The notes: a model not told the origin generated them from the sequence alone. A DNA stretch of 64,000 nt from an uncultured Desulfobacter sp. (GCA_963665095.1 OY762069.1:576001-640000); one strand, 5' to 3'. Positions 20,854 to 30,629 are shown, numbered from the stretch's first letter. Numbers and translations: made by a program.

Positions 20854-22665
20854 ATGGCTCAACAATTAGCAGACAGGCGGGATCAGGATTTTGTTGTCTG
20901 GGAACAGTTCGACAATGAGGCTCTTATTGAAAGCGAGCATTACGATGGATTTGATAAAAAAACCTGCCAGATGATCATCACCGAAGGCCGGAAAATAGCC
21001 ATCAAAGAGATCCTGCCCACCATTCGCGAGGGAGATCTTGAAGGCGCCCGGTTTGAGAACGGTGAGGTGTTTACGCCGAAATCCTTTAAACGGGTCTACG
21101 ATCTGTTACGGGAGAATGACTGGCAAAACCTGATGGAACCCGTGGAAATGGGCGGTCAGGGTGCGCCCCGGTTTGTGGATACCTGTGTCCGGGAATATAT
21201 GTTTACAAATTTTCCTTTGATGGCGTACCTGTGCACGGGTGCCGGCACTTCGCATATGATTTACAAGTACGGCACCCAGGAGCAGATTGACAGATATATG
21301 CCAAAGCTGATGTCTGCTCAGTGGGGCGGTACCATGCTGATGACCGAATCCCAGGCCGGGTCCGATATCGGTGCCATTGAAACGGTTGCCAAAAGAAATG
21401 ACGACGGCACGTTTTCAATCACCGGCAGCAAAATTTTTATCACCTCAGGTGAATCCGATCTGGTTGAAAATATTATCCATCCGGTTCTGGCCAGAATCGA
21501 AGGGGCACCGGCAGGCACCAAGGGCATCTCCATTTTTATTGTTCCCAAATATTTTGTAAACGACGACGGCTCCCTGGGAGACAGAAACGATGTGTGGTGT
21601 ACCGGTCTTGAACACAAACACGGCATTAAGGCAAGTGCCACATGCAGCATGACCATGGGCGCCAAAGGCGAGTGCAAAGGATTCCTTCTGGGCAAAGAAA
21701 ACCAGGGGGTCTCCATCATGTTCAATATGATGAACAGTGCCAGGATGGATACAGGGCTTCAGGCCCTGGCCTATGGGTCCGCCTGTTATCTTCTGGCGGT
21801 GAATTATGCCCGTGAGCGCGTTCAGTCCAGGGAGATCGGCCAGCCGCCAACAGCTCCGCCTGTGGCCATTATCAACCATCCGGACGTGCGCCGGAACCTG
21901 TTGTGGATGAAGTCATACATTTGCGGTTTAAGAAGCTTTTATCAGTTTACAAATCTATGTGCGGAAAAAGCCAGGCTGGCGCCATCACAAGAAGAGCGGC
22001 AGCTGAACAACGATCTCTACGAGCTGTTAACCCCCCTGATCAAAAGCTATACCGCCAACAGGGGCTATGAGGTCTGCGTCCAGGCCATGCAGGTATACGG
22101 CGGTGCCGGCTACACCCAGGATTACCTGGTGGAGCAGTTTGTCAGGGATTGTAAAATCGTCTCAATTTATGAAGGCACCTGCGGTATCCAGGCGGCCGAC
22201 CTGCTTGGCAGGAAAATTCCCATGAACAAGGCCAGGGGCTTTACGGCATTGATCAATGCCATGCTCAATACCGTGAGTGAGGCAAAGGATATTGACGGGC
22301 TGCAGGCCATGCCCGTCCAGGCTGAGGCCCAGGTGACAAAGCTTAAAGAGGTTGTCATGACCGTTGCCATGAGTGCGGCCGATCCCAAGGTGTTCAAGAC
22401 CGCCTTTGCCCACTCCTTGCCCCTGCTCGATGTTGTCGGCGATACCATCATGACCTGGATGCTGTTGTGGCGGGCGGTGACCGCCACAAAAAAGCTGGCC
22501 CTGAAACCCAAGGGAAAAGATGTGGTCTTCTATAACGGTCAGATTGTAACCGCCAGATTTTTTATTGAAACCATTTCCCCGGCCAGTATCGGTAAAATGA
22601 AGGGGATACAGTCATTGAGCACGGCGGCCATGGATATGGAGGACGATGCCTACGGCAGTCTGTAG
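20854..22665 (+). CDS. Acyl-CoA dehydrogenase (long, ~600-aa type)
   Basis: GTMLMTESQAGSD, GSKIFITSGE, QVYGGAGY, IYEGTCGIQA; AAGGAG RBS before ATG 20854. Confidence 0.95.
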   Translation: MAQQLADRRDQDFVVWEQFDNEALIESEHYDGFDKKTCQMIITEGRKIAIKEILPTIREGDLEGARFENGEVFTPKSFKRVYDLLRENDWQNLMEPVEMGGQGAPRFVDTCVREYMFTNFPLMAYLCTGAGTSHMIYKYGTQEQIDRYMPKLMSAQWGGTMLMTESQAGSDIGAIETVAKRNDDGTFSITGSKIFITSGESDLVENIIHPVLARIEGAPAGTKGISIFIVPKYFVNDDGSLGDRNDVWCTGLEHKHGIKASATCSMTMGAKGECKGFLLGKENQGVSIMFNMMNSARMDTGLQALAYGSACYLLAVNYARERVQSREIGQPPTAPPVAIINHPDVRRNLLWMKSYICGLRSFYQFTNLCAEKARLAPSQEERQLNNDLYELLTPLIKSYTANRGYEVCVQAMQVYGGAGYTQDYLVEQFVRDCKIVSIYEGTCGIQAADLLGRKIPMNKARGFTALINAMLNTVSEAKDIDGLQAMPVQAEAQVTKLKEVVMTVAMSAADPKVFKTAFAHSLPLLDVVGDTIMTWMLLWRAVTATKKLALKPKGKDVVFYNGQIVTARFFIETISPASIGKMKGIQSLSTAAMDMEDDAYGSL

Positions 22666-22668
22666 TTA

Positions 22669-22856
22669 GTGTTAGTACGGCTCGAAGAGGAGCTTCAGCT
22701 CACAAAGCCACCCACCTGCGGCGTTGCTGCACAAAGCTGCCAAAACATATAATCGGGTCTCACGTACTGGAGTACGCTTGCGGTTGCAGCTTTGCTTGCG
22801 CCTTGTATCTGGGCAACTTTGTGGGCATGCGCCCCTCTTGCGAGCCGTCCAAACAC
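22669..22856. repeat. Long palindromic intergenic element, copy 1 (REP/MITE-like or structured RNA)
   Basis: Ends GTGTTAGTACGGCTCG / CGAGCCGTCCAAACAC; shares CTGCGGCGTTGC and GCCTTG(T/C)ATCTGGGCAACT with copy 2. Confidence 0.8.
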
Positions 22857-22981
22857 CAAACACGGGGTTTTCCAAGATGCCAGATTTTAGATGCCAGATT
22901 TTAGATGTCGAATGCACATTATGTTCCTGATGTATTTACGTGTTAACGCCAATAATTTTTTTAAAAAAGGAGTGTTACATC

Positions 22982-24676
22982 ATGCCAATACCTGAAAAAA
23001 TCCTGGATCGTGCAAACAAACTTTTAGCCGATGTCGTTCCAAACTGTGCCGACTACATTGCCCAATATGCGGAAGAAAAACCGGAAACCACCGCATTTAT
23101 CATGTATGCCACAGGCAAACAGGTCACCTGGCAGCAATTTAATGATGCCGTGGACATCTATGCCGCAGCACTGCTTTCCAAAGGATTAAAAAAAGGCGAT
23201 ATCGTTGGCACGATTCTCACGCTCTCAGAGGAACACATCTTTCTGATGTATGCCTGTTTCCGGATCGGCGTGATTATTGCCCCTATGGATATCAGGCTCA
23301 AGGAGACGGAAGTTCTGTACTCCATAGGAAAGATCAATCCAAAGGCTGTCTTTTTCCTCGGAAAAACACCTGTCACTGATTTCAGGCCCATGATCGCCGA
23401 TGTCATGAAAGACGTGCCTTCCGTCAGCCTGTGGGTGCAGATTCAAAAAAGTGATGACAGCGTGATTGACGGGGCTGAAAGCCTCAAAGATTTTCTGGGT
23501 GATCCGACACCCGATGCCATCGCGGCAGTTAAAAACGCCAATGCCCTGACTGAAAAACGAGACCCCTGCCTGATTACCTTTACAACAGGTTCCACAGGTT
23601 CTCCGAAGGCCGCACTTCTCTGCCATGAAAACATTTTGATGCAGAATATCTCATTTGCATGCCTCTCCATGATTGACTCAGATACGGTTTTTCTGGATAA
23701 CCTGCCGCCTTCCCATGTGGCCTGCACCACAGAGGTCATGTACACCACATTTTTTGCCGGGGGAACGCTGGTGATCATGGATTTTGATCCCAAACAGTGC
23801 TTTGAGGCCATTGAGAAACACAAGATTAATCATATCTTGGGCATTCCGGCCATGTTCAGCATGATGTGGCAGTTCCCCGACTATGACAAGTACGATAAAT
23901 CCTCACTGAACGTGGCTGTATTCGGCGGCCAGCAGGTGCAGCGGCCCTGGGTGGAGAAACTGCAGGCCATGGTTCCCAATATTTGCACAGGCCTTGGCAT
24001 CACCGAATGTGCCGGTGCCACCACCAGCAACTGTATTCCGTGTACCGTGGATGATGTCATGGACGGCATCGGTCTGTGCATGCCGCACTGCCCACTCACC
24101 GTACGGGAGCCCATGAATTTTGACGGAACTGCCGGGGTGGAAATGGCTCCCGGTGAGATCGGTGAGATCTGCTTTGAGGGCCCACAGGTATTTCTCGGGT
24201 ATCTGAATGACCCAAAGAAAACGGCTGAGACCATTTCAAAGGAAGGCATTTTGTACACCGGGGATGTGGGAAGCTATGATGAAAAGGGGCTTCATCTGGC
24301 AGGTCGCAGGAAATTCATCATAAAACCCAAGGGCTTTCAGGTATTTCCCGGGGATGTGGAGGAGCATATCGCCCAGGCCCTGAAGGGACGGGTCGGGACT
24401 GTGGCGGTGGTGGGTGTCGAGCACGAGATATTTACCGACGGTGTCATGGCCTTTGTCGAGGTGCCGGAAGACCAGAATGTGACGGCTGAAGATGTCTACA
24501 ACGCCTGCCGGAGTATCTCCTCCTATTCGCGTCCCTCCCATGTGGAGATAATTAAAGTAGGAGAGTTTCCCCTTACCCGGACGGCAAAGATAGATTATAT
24601 GCGCCTGAAAGCACTGGCCCAGGACGTGGTGGATAAACTCAGAGCTGAAGGAAAATGGGACAGAGCGCAGATGTAA
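22982..24676 (+). CDS. AMP-dependent acyl-CoA synthetase
   Basis: FTTGSTGSPKA, GLGITE, YTGDVG, TAKID; AAGGAG RBS before ATG 22982. Confidence 0.93.
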   Translation: MPIPEKILDRANKLLADVVPNCADYIAQYAEEKPETTAFIMYATGKQVTWQQFNDAVDIYAAALLSKGLKKGDIVGTILTLSEEHIFLMYACFRIGVIIAPMDIRLKETEVLYSIGKINPKAVFFLGKTPVTDFRPMIADVMKDVPSVSLWVQIQKSDDSVIDGAESLKDFLGDPTPDAIAAVKNANALTEKRDPCLITFTTGSTGSPKAALLCHENILMQNISFACLSMIDSDTVFLDNLPPSHVACTTEVMYTTFFAGGTLVIMDFDPKQCFEAIEKHKINHILGIPAMFSMMWQFPDYDKYDKSSLNVAVFGGQQVQRPWVEKLQAMVPNICTGLGITECAGATTSNCIPCTVDDVMDGIGLCMPHCPLTVREPMNFDGTAGVEMAPGEIGEICFEGPQVFLGYLNDPKKTAETISKEGILYTGDVGSYDEKGLHLAGRRKFIIKPKGFQVFPGDVEEHIAQALKGRVGTVAVVGVEHEIFTDGVMAFVEVPEDQNVTAEDVYNACRSISSYSRPSHVEIIKVGEFPLTRTAKIDYMRLKALAQDVVDKLRAEGKWDRAQM

Positions 24677-24704
24677 CGCGGCAGGTAAAAAAGCGGTTTC
24701 ATGT

Positions 24705-24752
24705 CCCGGCAACTAAACGGTCCGGCAACTAAATGGCCCGGCAACAGATAAA
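24705..24752 (+). repeat. Three 16-bp imperfect tandem repeats before the GRE RBS
   Basis: CCCGGCAACTAAACGG / TCCGGCAACTAAATGG / CCCGGCAACAGATAAA. Confidence 0.8.
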
Positions 24753-24764
24753 GGAGATATAGGC

Positions 24765-27266
24765 ATGTTACAGACAGCAGAGCACAAATATTCAATAAAA
24801 CCCTCCCCAAAGGTGGAAAAACTTCGGGCCACATACATCGAAGCGGCCAAGCGTGAGGAGCCCTCCTACAACATCTGCTCTGACCGGGCCATTACGCGGG
24901 TGATGAAAGAGACAGAAGGTGAACCCATGGCCCTGAGACGGGGTAAAGCCTTTGCCGCTGTCCTCAAAGAGGTGCCGGTGGACATTTTCCCTGATGAACC
25001 GTTTGTGGGCTGGGTGGGCGGTGATCCGCTCTCCGCACAGATCAGCGCTGAACAGCGGGGGGCAAGAATGGAAACCGAACTGGATTATTTCAAACTCAGT
25101 AATGAAGAAGACAGACAAATTATCCGGGATGAAATCATCCCTTACTGGAAGGGCGACGGGAACTGGAAACGCCACTGGTTTGCCCGGGCCTATCAGATGC
25201 TGCCGGAGGAGACGCGGTATCTGCTGTATGGCGACCCTGACCCTGAATTGGCAAAAATCGGGATCCTGACAAATTCCAATGCACCGGCCCAGCCCCAGAT
25301 CAAGGTGCCTGCCCAGCCCAAACGGCTTGGCATGGGGATTATCATAGAGATCATGAGCCGTCATCATATCGGTCACAGCAGTTTCGGCTATGAGAAAGTG
25401 TTGAAAAAGGGGTTCCTGGGTATCCGGCAGGATGCGGAAGAACGCCTGGCGCGCATTGATGAAAACGACCCCGGGGAGATGAAGAAAAAGCCCTTCCTTA
25501 AGGGTGTCATTCTTGCCATGGACGCGGCAGCCGGCATTGGCAAACGGTTTGCAGAAAAAGCCCGCAAGATGGCTGAAGCGCAGAAGGACCCGGTAAGAAA
25601 ACAGGAACTGCTGGTGATTGCCGATACCTGCGAACAGGTCCCGGCAAACCCTGCCACAACTTTCCGGGAGGCCCTGCAGTCGGTCTGGTTCACCCAGATC
25701 ATGAACTGGTGGGAGACCCCTCTTGTTCTGGCCGTATCACCGGGGAAGGTGGACCAGTATCTTTATCCCTATTTTAAAGCGGATATGGCAGCCGGCCGCC
25801 TGTCAAAAGAGGAGGCCCAGGAACTCATCGACTGCTGGCTGATGCGGTTTGCGCAAGGGGTGGCCCCCTATGTGCCGCAATCCGGTGCCGCCTTTCACCT
25901 GGATGTGGGGGGATTGAAAGCGGACGGGAGCGATGCCACCAATGAACTCTCCTTCATGTTCATCGAAGGGATGATGCATACCCGGATGATTGAACCGAAC
26001 ATGGGGGTTTTAGTTCACAGCAAGACACCGGACGATTTTCTGATCAAGGCATGTGAGCTCTGTTCCCTGGGGCTGGGACATCCCATGTTCTTAAACAATG
26101 ATGTCATGGTTGAAAATATGCTCTCCCGGGGAACATTGGGCGGGCCTCCGGTTCCCATTGAACTGGCCCGCACCAGCGGCTGCATCGGATGCAACGAGCC
26201 CCATGTCACCAATTATGATTCAGAGTTTAATATCGGGGCGGTTTTTCAGATGCCCACAGCCCTGGAGCTGGCGCTTTTCAATGGTGTAAGCCGGACCTTT
26301 AAAACAAAAATGGGGCTTGAAACCGGTGATGCCAGCCAGTTTGAGACCTTTGAAGCGCTTAAGGCCGCCTTTGAAAAACAGTTAAAGTTTATCATCACCC
26401 AGTGCGGCATTGCCATCAGGACCTTTGAAACCGCTATGGCAGAGGTGTATCCCACGGTATACCAGTCCGCCTTGATCGAAGACTGCATTGAAAATGGCAT
26501 CGCCCGTGAAGCGGGCGGGGCCCGGTTTAACTTTGGTCCGGCTGTCGCCACCCTGGGTGCTACGGATGTGGGCAACTCTCTGGCCGCCGTTAAAAAACTG
26601 GTATTTGATGAAAAGCAGATGAGCATGGGCCAGTTGCTGGAAATGCTGGACAGTAACTTCAAGGACCAGGATGTCATGCGCCAGCGGCTGCTGAATGCAC
26701 CGAAATTCGGTAATGATGATGACTATGTGGATCAGGAAGTGGCATGGGTTATGGATACATTTAACAAAGAGGTCATCAAACATAAAAATACAAGGGGCGG
26801 ATATCTGCTGCCCTATCAGAATCCTTTGTCCGGATATGTGGGAATGGGCCGCCTCATGGGGGCACTTCCTTCAGGCCGGAAAGCCGGAGAACCCCTTTCC
26901 GACGGGATATCACCCACCTGTGGCTCAGATGTCAATGGCCCTACTGCGGTGCTGAACTCAGCCGGCAAACTGGATAATGCCTCCATTTTCTTAGGCCAGA
27001 CACTGAATATGCGCCTGGACGGCGAGATGTTTGGCTCGGATGAGGGGGTTTACCGGATGGCAGCACTTTTGCGGACATTTGTAGATCTTAAGATCCATCA
27101 CATCCAGTTTAACCTGGTCTCCTCTGATACACTAAGGGCTGCCCAGGAAAATCCTGCGGAGTACCAGGACCTGATGGTGAGGGTTGCAGGCTATGTGGCC
27201 TATTTTGTCAACCTGAGCAGGGGGCTGCAGGATAGTATTATCCAGCGTACTGAACACCGCATTTAA
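24765..27266 (+). CDS. Glycyl radical enzyme (PFL2/eliminase-like), substrate unknown
   Basis: 833 aa; Gly loop LMVRVAGYVAYF, Cys loop IGCNEP, PATTFREALQSVWF, DQYLYPY, APKFGNDDDYVD. Confidence 0.95.
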   Translation: MLQTAEHKYSIKPSPKVEKLRATYIEAAKREEPSYNICSDRAITRVMKETEGEPMALRRGKAFAAVLKEVPVDIFPDEPFVGWVGGDPLSAQISAEQRGARMETELDYFKLSNEEDRQIIRDEIIPYWKGDGNWKRHWFARAYQMLPEETRYLLYGDPDPELAKIGILTNSNAPAQPQIKVPAQPKRLGMGIIIEIMSRHHIGHSSFGYEKVLKKGFLGIRQDAEERLARIDENDPGEMKKKPFLKGVILAMDAAAGIGKRFAEKARKMAEAQKDPVRKQELLVIADTCEQVPANPATTFREALQSVWFTQIMNWWETPLVLAVSPGKVDQYLYPYFKADMAAGRLSKEEAQELIDCWLMRFAQGVAPYVPQSGAAFHLDVGGLKADGSDATNELSFMFIEGMMHTRMIEPNMGVLVHSKTPDDFLIKACELCSLGLGHPMFLNNDVMVENMLSRGTLGGPPVPIELARTSGCIGCNEPHVTNYDSEFNIGAVFQMPTALELALFNGVSRTFKTKMGLETGDASQFETFEALKAAFEKQLKFIITQCGIAIRTFETAMAEVYPTVYQSALIEDCIENGIAREAGGARFNFGPAVATLGATDVGNSLAAVKKLVFDEKQMSMGQLLEMLDSNFKDQDVMRQRLLNAPKFGNDDDYVDQEVAWVMDTFNKEVIKHKNTRGGYLLPYQNPLSGYVGMGRLMGALPSGRKAGEPLSDGISPTCGSDVNGPTAVLNSAGKLDNASIFLGQTLNMRLDGEMFGSDEGVYRMAALLRTFVDLKIHHIQFNLVSSDTLRAAQENPAEYQDLMVRVAGYVAYFVNLSRGLQDSIIQRTEHRI

Positions 27267-27392
27267 GTGTTTGAACGGGCAGTCACCCCCTCTGCGGCGT
27301 TGCAGGGTAATTTGCAGTCCTCACAACCAAAAGGTTGCTCCGGTTGCAAATTACCCTGGGCCTTGCATCTGGGCAACTGTTCGTCCAAACAC
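27267..27392. repeat. Long palindromic intergenic element, copy 2
   Basis: Ends GTGTTTGAACGGGCAGT / ACTGTTCGTCCAAACAC; inner stem CAGGGTAATTTGCA / TGCAAATTACCCTG. Confidence 0.8.
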
Positions 27393-27426
27393 CGCCATTG
27401 AGCCATAAACCATAATGTAAAGGAAC

Positions 27427-28332
27427 GTGACTATCAAACCGGAACAGGGGTTAGTTTATAATATTGAAAAATTTGCCGTGAATGATGGGCCCGGCATCAG
27501 GACACTGGTTTTTATGAAGGGATGCCCCTTAAGATGTCTGTGGTGCTCATCCCCCCAGACCCAGCAGCATTCCATAGAGATGTTGTATGATCCTGACCTG
27601 TGTCAGCAATGCCTGACCTGCCGGAATATCTGCGAAAATAACGCCATAGAATTTACCACAGATCATCAGTTGAATTTTAAGGTCCGGCAATGTGATATGT
27701 GCAAACGTTGTGTTGATGCCTGTCCGGAAAAAGCACTTGAAATGGCAGGCAGATATATGACGGTGGATGAACTTTTCAGCCAGGTCGTCAAGGACGCTTC
27801 TTTTTTCAGAAGGTCCCAGGGGGGGGTAACGGTGGGGGGCGGTGAGCCCACCATGCAGCATGGATTTGTGGCCGCATTTCTGAAAAAATGTAAATCCCGG
27901 TATATCCATACTGCCATTGAAACCTGCGGCCACTGCACCTGGGATAAAATGGCGGCAATTCTTGAATACACGGACATGGTATTTATGGATATCAAGCATC
28001 TTAATGATGAGCAGCATCAAAGGATAACAGGCGTCTCCAATCGTCTTATCCTGGAAAATGCACGCAAAATTGCCGAGATAAAACCATTGACCATCCGGAT
28101 TCCCATTGTCCCGGGTTGTAATGATTCAGAACAGAATATCAGGGACACGGCCCGATTCGCCGCTCAGCTGGGAGAAAAACTGCAGAAAATCGAACTGCTG
28201 CCCTACCATGAACTGGGGGTGGACACCTACAGACGGCTGGGCATGACCTATCCGCTTAAAGGCATAAAACCGCCGGACCCAGAAACCATGAACCGGCTGC
28301 AGGAGATCGCTGATTTCTGCTTTACTGAATAA
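27427..28332 (+). CDS. Glycyl-radical activating enzyme (radical SAM with 2x[4Fe-4S] insert)
   Basis: DGPGIRT, KGCPLRCLWC, CQQCLTCRNIC, CDMCKRCVDACP, GGGEP, LLPYH. Confidence 0.96.
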   Translation: MTIKPEQGLVYNIEKFAVNDGPGIRTLVFMKGCPLRCLWCSSPQTQQHSIEMLYDPDLCQQCLTCRNICENNAIEFTTDHQLNFKVRQCDMCKRCVDACPEKALEMAGRYMTVDELFSQVVKDASFFRRSQGGVTVGGGEPTMQHGFVAAFLKKCKSRYIHTAIETCGHCTWDKMAAILEYTDMVFMDIKHLNDEQHQRITGVSNRLILENARKIAEIKPLTIRIPIVPGCNDSEQNIRDTARFAAQLGEKLQKIELLPYHELGVDTYRRLGMTYPLKGIKPPDPETMNRLQEIADFCFTE

Positions 28333-28493
28333 ATGCAAAAAATCAATTCCCTTGCCTGTGCCTTCGGGGCGGCCACATTTTGTGCTGTCGCCCTGTCATA
28401 CAATAGCAGCCATGGGCTGACCTGGTGTATCAACACCCAGACTTTTGACGGATACTATGACAAGCAGATGATATCAATACAAAGGAGCTGAAA

Positions 28494-29702
28494 ATGAGTA
28501 CAAAAGAAGTTGTATTTGTGGCGGGAGTCCGCACGGCATTTGGCCGGATGGGCGGTTCCATACGAGACGTTTATGCTACCAAACTTGCCGGGATTACCAT
28601 TGAGGGATTGCTGGACAAAACAAATATTCATGAAAAGGCCCACGTGGATTGCGTGTTCCTGGGCTCTGCCACCCATTGTTCCGTGGCCCTGAATCCGGCC
28701 CGGTTTGCAGTGCTCTCCACCCGGCTGCCCAAAACCACCTCTGCCTCCTATGTGGAGATGCAGTGCGGGTCCGCCATAGATTCCATCAACCATGCCGCCT
28801 GGAAAATCCTGGCCGGCCAGGCAGACATCATCATTGCCGGCGGTATGGAATCCTACAGCCAGATGGCTTTTAAGGTGCCTACCTCCACCCCTCCCTACCG
28901 GATGAACCCGCCCATGCCCGTTATACCGACGCTGTCACCTTTGGAAGAGGAGTGTATCGGCATGGGGCTGACCGCGGAAAATCTGGCTGAAAAATACGAA
29001 ATTCCCAGGGAAGCCTCAGACGAGTTTGCCTATAACAGCCAGATGAGAGCCAAGGCTGCCATGGAGGCCGGCTATTTTGATGAGGAGATCATTCCGGTGC
29101 CATTTGCCGCTACCCGCAAGACCCCGGCCTGGCAGTTTGACAAGGATGAACATCCCCGGCCTGAATCCACCCTTGAGGGGATGGCCAAGCTGCCGCCGGT
29201 GTTCAAAAAGGGGGGAACGGTGACGGCCGGCAACTCCTCGGGCCAGAACGACGGGGCTGCCTTTGTCCTGATGATGAGTGCGGAAAAGGCCGGTGAGCTG
29301 GGATATACCCCCATGGCCAGGTGGCTCTCCGGGGCAGATGTGGGCTGCGATCCCAGGATCATGGGGATCGGTCCGGCCGCAGCCATGCCCATGGCGGTCA
29401 GCCGGGCAGGATTGAGAATGTCGAATATGGATGTGATGGAGTGCAACGAGGCCTTTGCCGTCCAGAACCTGGCCGTGATCAAGGATATTGAACAAAATAC
29501 CGGGGAAACCATCGACATGGCCAAGTGGAATCCTTACGGCGGCGCCATTGCCTTTGGCCATCCCAACGGGGCCAGCGGCGCCAGGATCTGTATGTTCGCC
29601 ATGCGCCATATGATACGCAACGGCGGACGGTATGGCATCTTTGCCTCCTGCTGCGGCGGGGGCCTGGGCGTGGCCACGGTCATTGAGAATCTGCAAAGAT
29701 AA
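28494..29702 (+). CDS. Thiolase (acetyl-CoA C-acyltransferase)
   Basis: QCGS, GGMES, NEAFA, GHPNGASG, CCGGG. Confidence 0.96.
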   Translation: MSTKEVVFVAGVRTAFGRMGGSIRDVYATKLAGITIEGLLDKTNIHEKAHVDCVFLGSATHCSVALNPARFAVLSTRLPKTTSASYVEMQCGSAIDSINHAAWKILAGQADIIIAGGMESYSQMAFKVPTSTPPYRMNPPMPVIPTLSPLEEECIGMGLTAENLAEKYEIPREASDEFAYNSQMRAKAAMEAGYFDEEIIPVPFAATRKTPAWQFDKDEHPRPESTLEGMAKLPPVFKKGGTVTAGNSSGQNDGAAFVLMMSAEKAGELGYTPMARWLSGADVGCDPRIMGIGPAAAMPMAVSRAGLRMSNMDVMECNEAFAVQNLAVIKDIEQNTGETIDMAKWNPYGGAIAFGHPNGASGARICMFAMRHMIRNGGRYGIFASCCGGGLGVATVIENLQR

Positions 29703-29824
29703 TTTTTTTATCGTTTTTTTATTGGACATGCCCGGATAATCCGGCGCTAATCTTATGGATTGCAGTGACCCGGACCCGGTCCTGATCTAACGGGGACGGT
29801 CACCGTTATTAGGAGAACAAACCC

Positions 29825-30604
29825 ATGAATTTGAACAAGATGATATTTGAAAAAAAAGATGGGCTGGGGTGGGCCCGGTTCAACCGGCCTGAAAAACTCA
29901 ATGCCCTGAACAGTGAGGTATTTGAGGATATCGGCACCATTGTCCAGGCCTGTGAGAGGGATGACGAGGTAAAAGTTCTGGTTATTACAGGGTCGGACAA
30001 GGTGTTTGCCGCCGGTGCCGACATTGACACCATGGCAAATGGCAGTATCAGGGATGCCCTTGCCCTGACAGACCAGTGCATGTTTGTCACCGAGCGCCTG
30101 GCAGACCTGGCCAAACCCACCATCGCCGCCATCTCAGGCTATGCTCTGGGCGGCGGTCTTGAGGTGGCGCTCAGCTGTGACTTCAGAATCGGGGATGACA
30201 CGGCCATGGTGGGACTGCCTGAAATCACCCTGGGAATCATTCCGGGTGGTGGGGGCACCCAGCGTCTGCCCCGACTGATCAACCCCAGCAAAGCACTGGA
30301 AATGATTATGACAGGAGAGATCGTAGACGCCCAGAAGGCCCTTGACTTGGGGATACTCAATCACAAGGCGGCAAAAGGAGAACTGGAAGCTGCCGTGACA
30401 ACCCTTGCCAAAAAACTGATGGCCAAACCGGCCATGGGGATCCGTGCCGCGAAATCCGCTGTGCGTAAAGGGTTGAACACCTCTTTGAAAGACGGCATTA
30501 TCATTGAACAGCACCTCTTCGGCATGTTGTTTGGTACCCTTGACCAGAAAGAAGGCATGGCGGCATTTCTTGAAAAACGGCGGCCTGAATTCAAGGGCTG
30601 CTGA
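29825..30604 (+). CDS. Enoyl-CoA hydratase/isomerase
   Basis: FAAGADI, GGGLE, LPEITLGIIPGGGGTQRL (both catalytic Glu present). Confidence 0.95.
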   Translation: MNLNKMIFEKKDGLGWARFNRPEKLNALNSEVFEDIGTIVQACERDDEVKVLVITGSDKVFAAGADIDTMANGSIRDALALTDQCMFVTERLADLAKPTIAAISGYALGGGLEVALSCDFRIGDDTAMVGLPEITLGIIPGGGGTQRLPRLINPSKALEMIMTGEIVDAQKALDLGILNHKAAKGELEAAVTTLAKKLMAKPAMGIRAAKSAVRKGLNTSLKDGIIIEQHLFGMLFGTLDQKEGMAAFLEKRRPEFKGC

Positions 30605-30629
30605 AAGCGCCTGACACCTCAAAAAAAGC

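Noticed and set aside
22875..22907. 14-bp tandem repeat AGATGCCAGATTTT (about 2.4 copies)
   Set aside because: Short local duplication with no evidence of function.
24705..24752. CRISPR array
   Set aside because: Units are contiguous 16-mers without spacers and no cas genes are in the window.
24765..27266. GRE as pyruvate formate-lyase or alkyl/benzylsuccinate synthase
   Set aside because: No adjacent Cys-Cys pair; the loop is GCNEP with Glu; no recognisable small-subunit genes flank it (the flanking gaps hold repeats).
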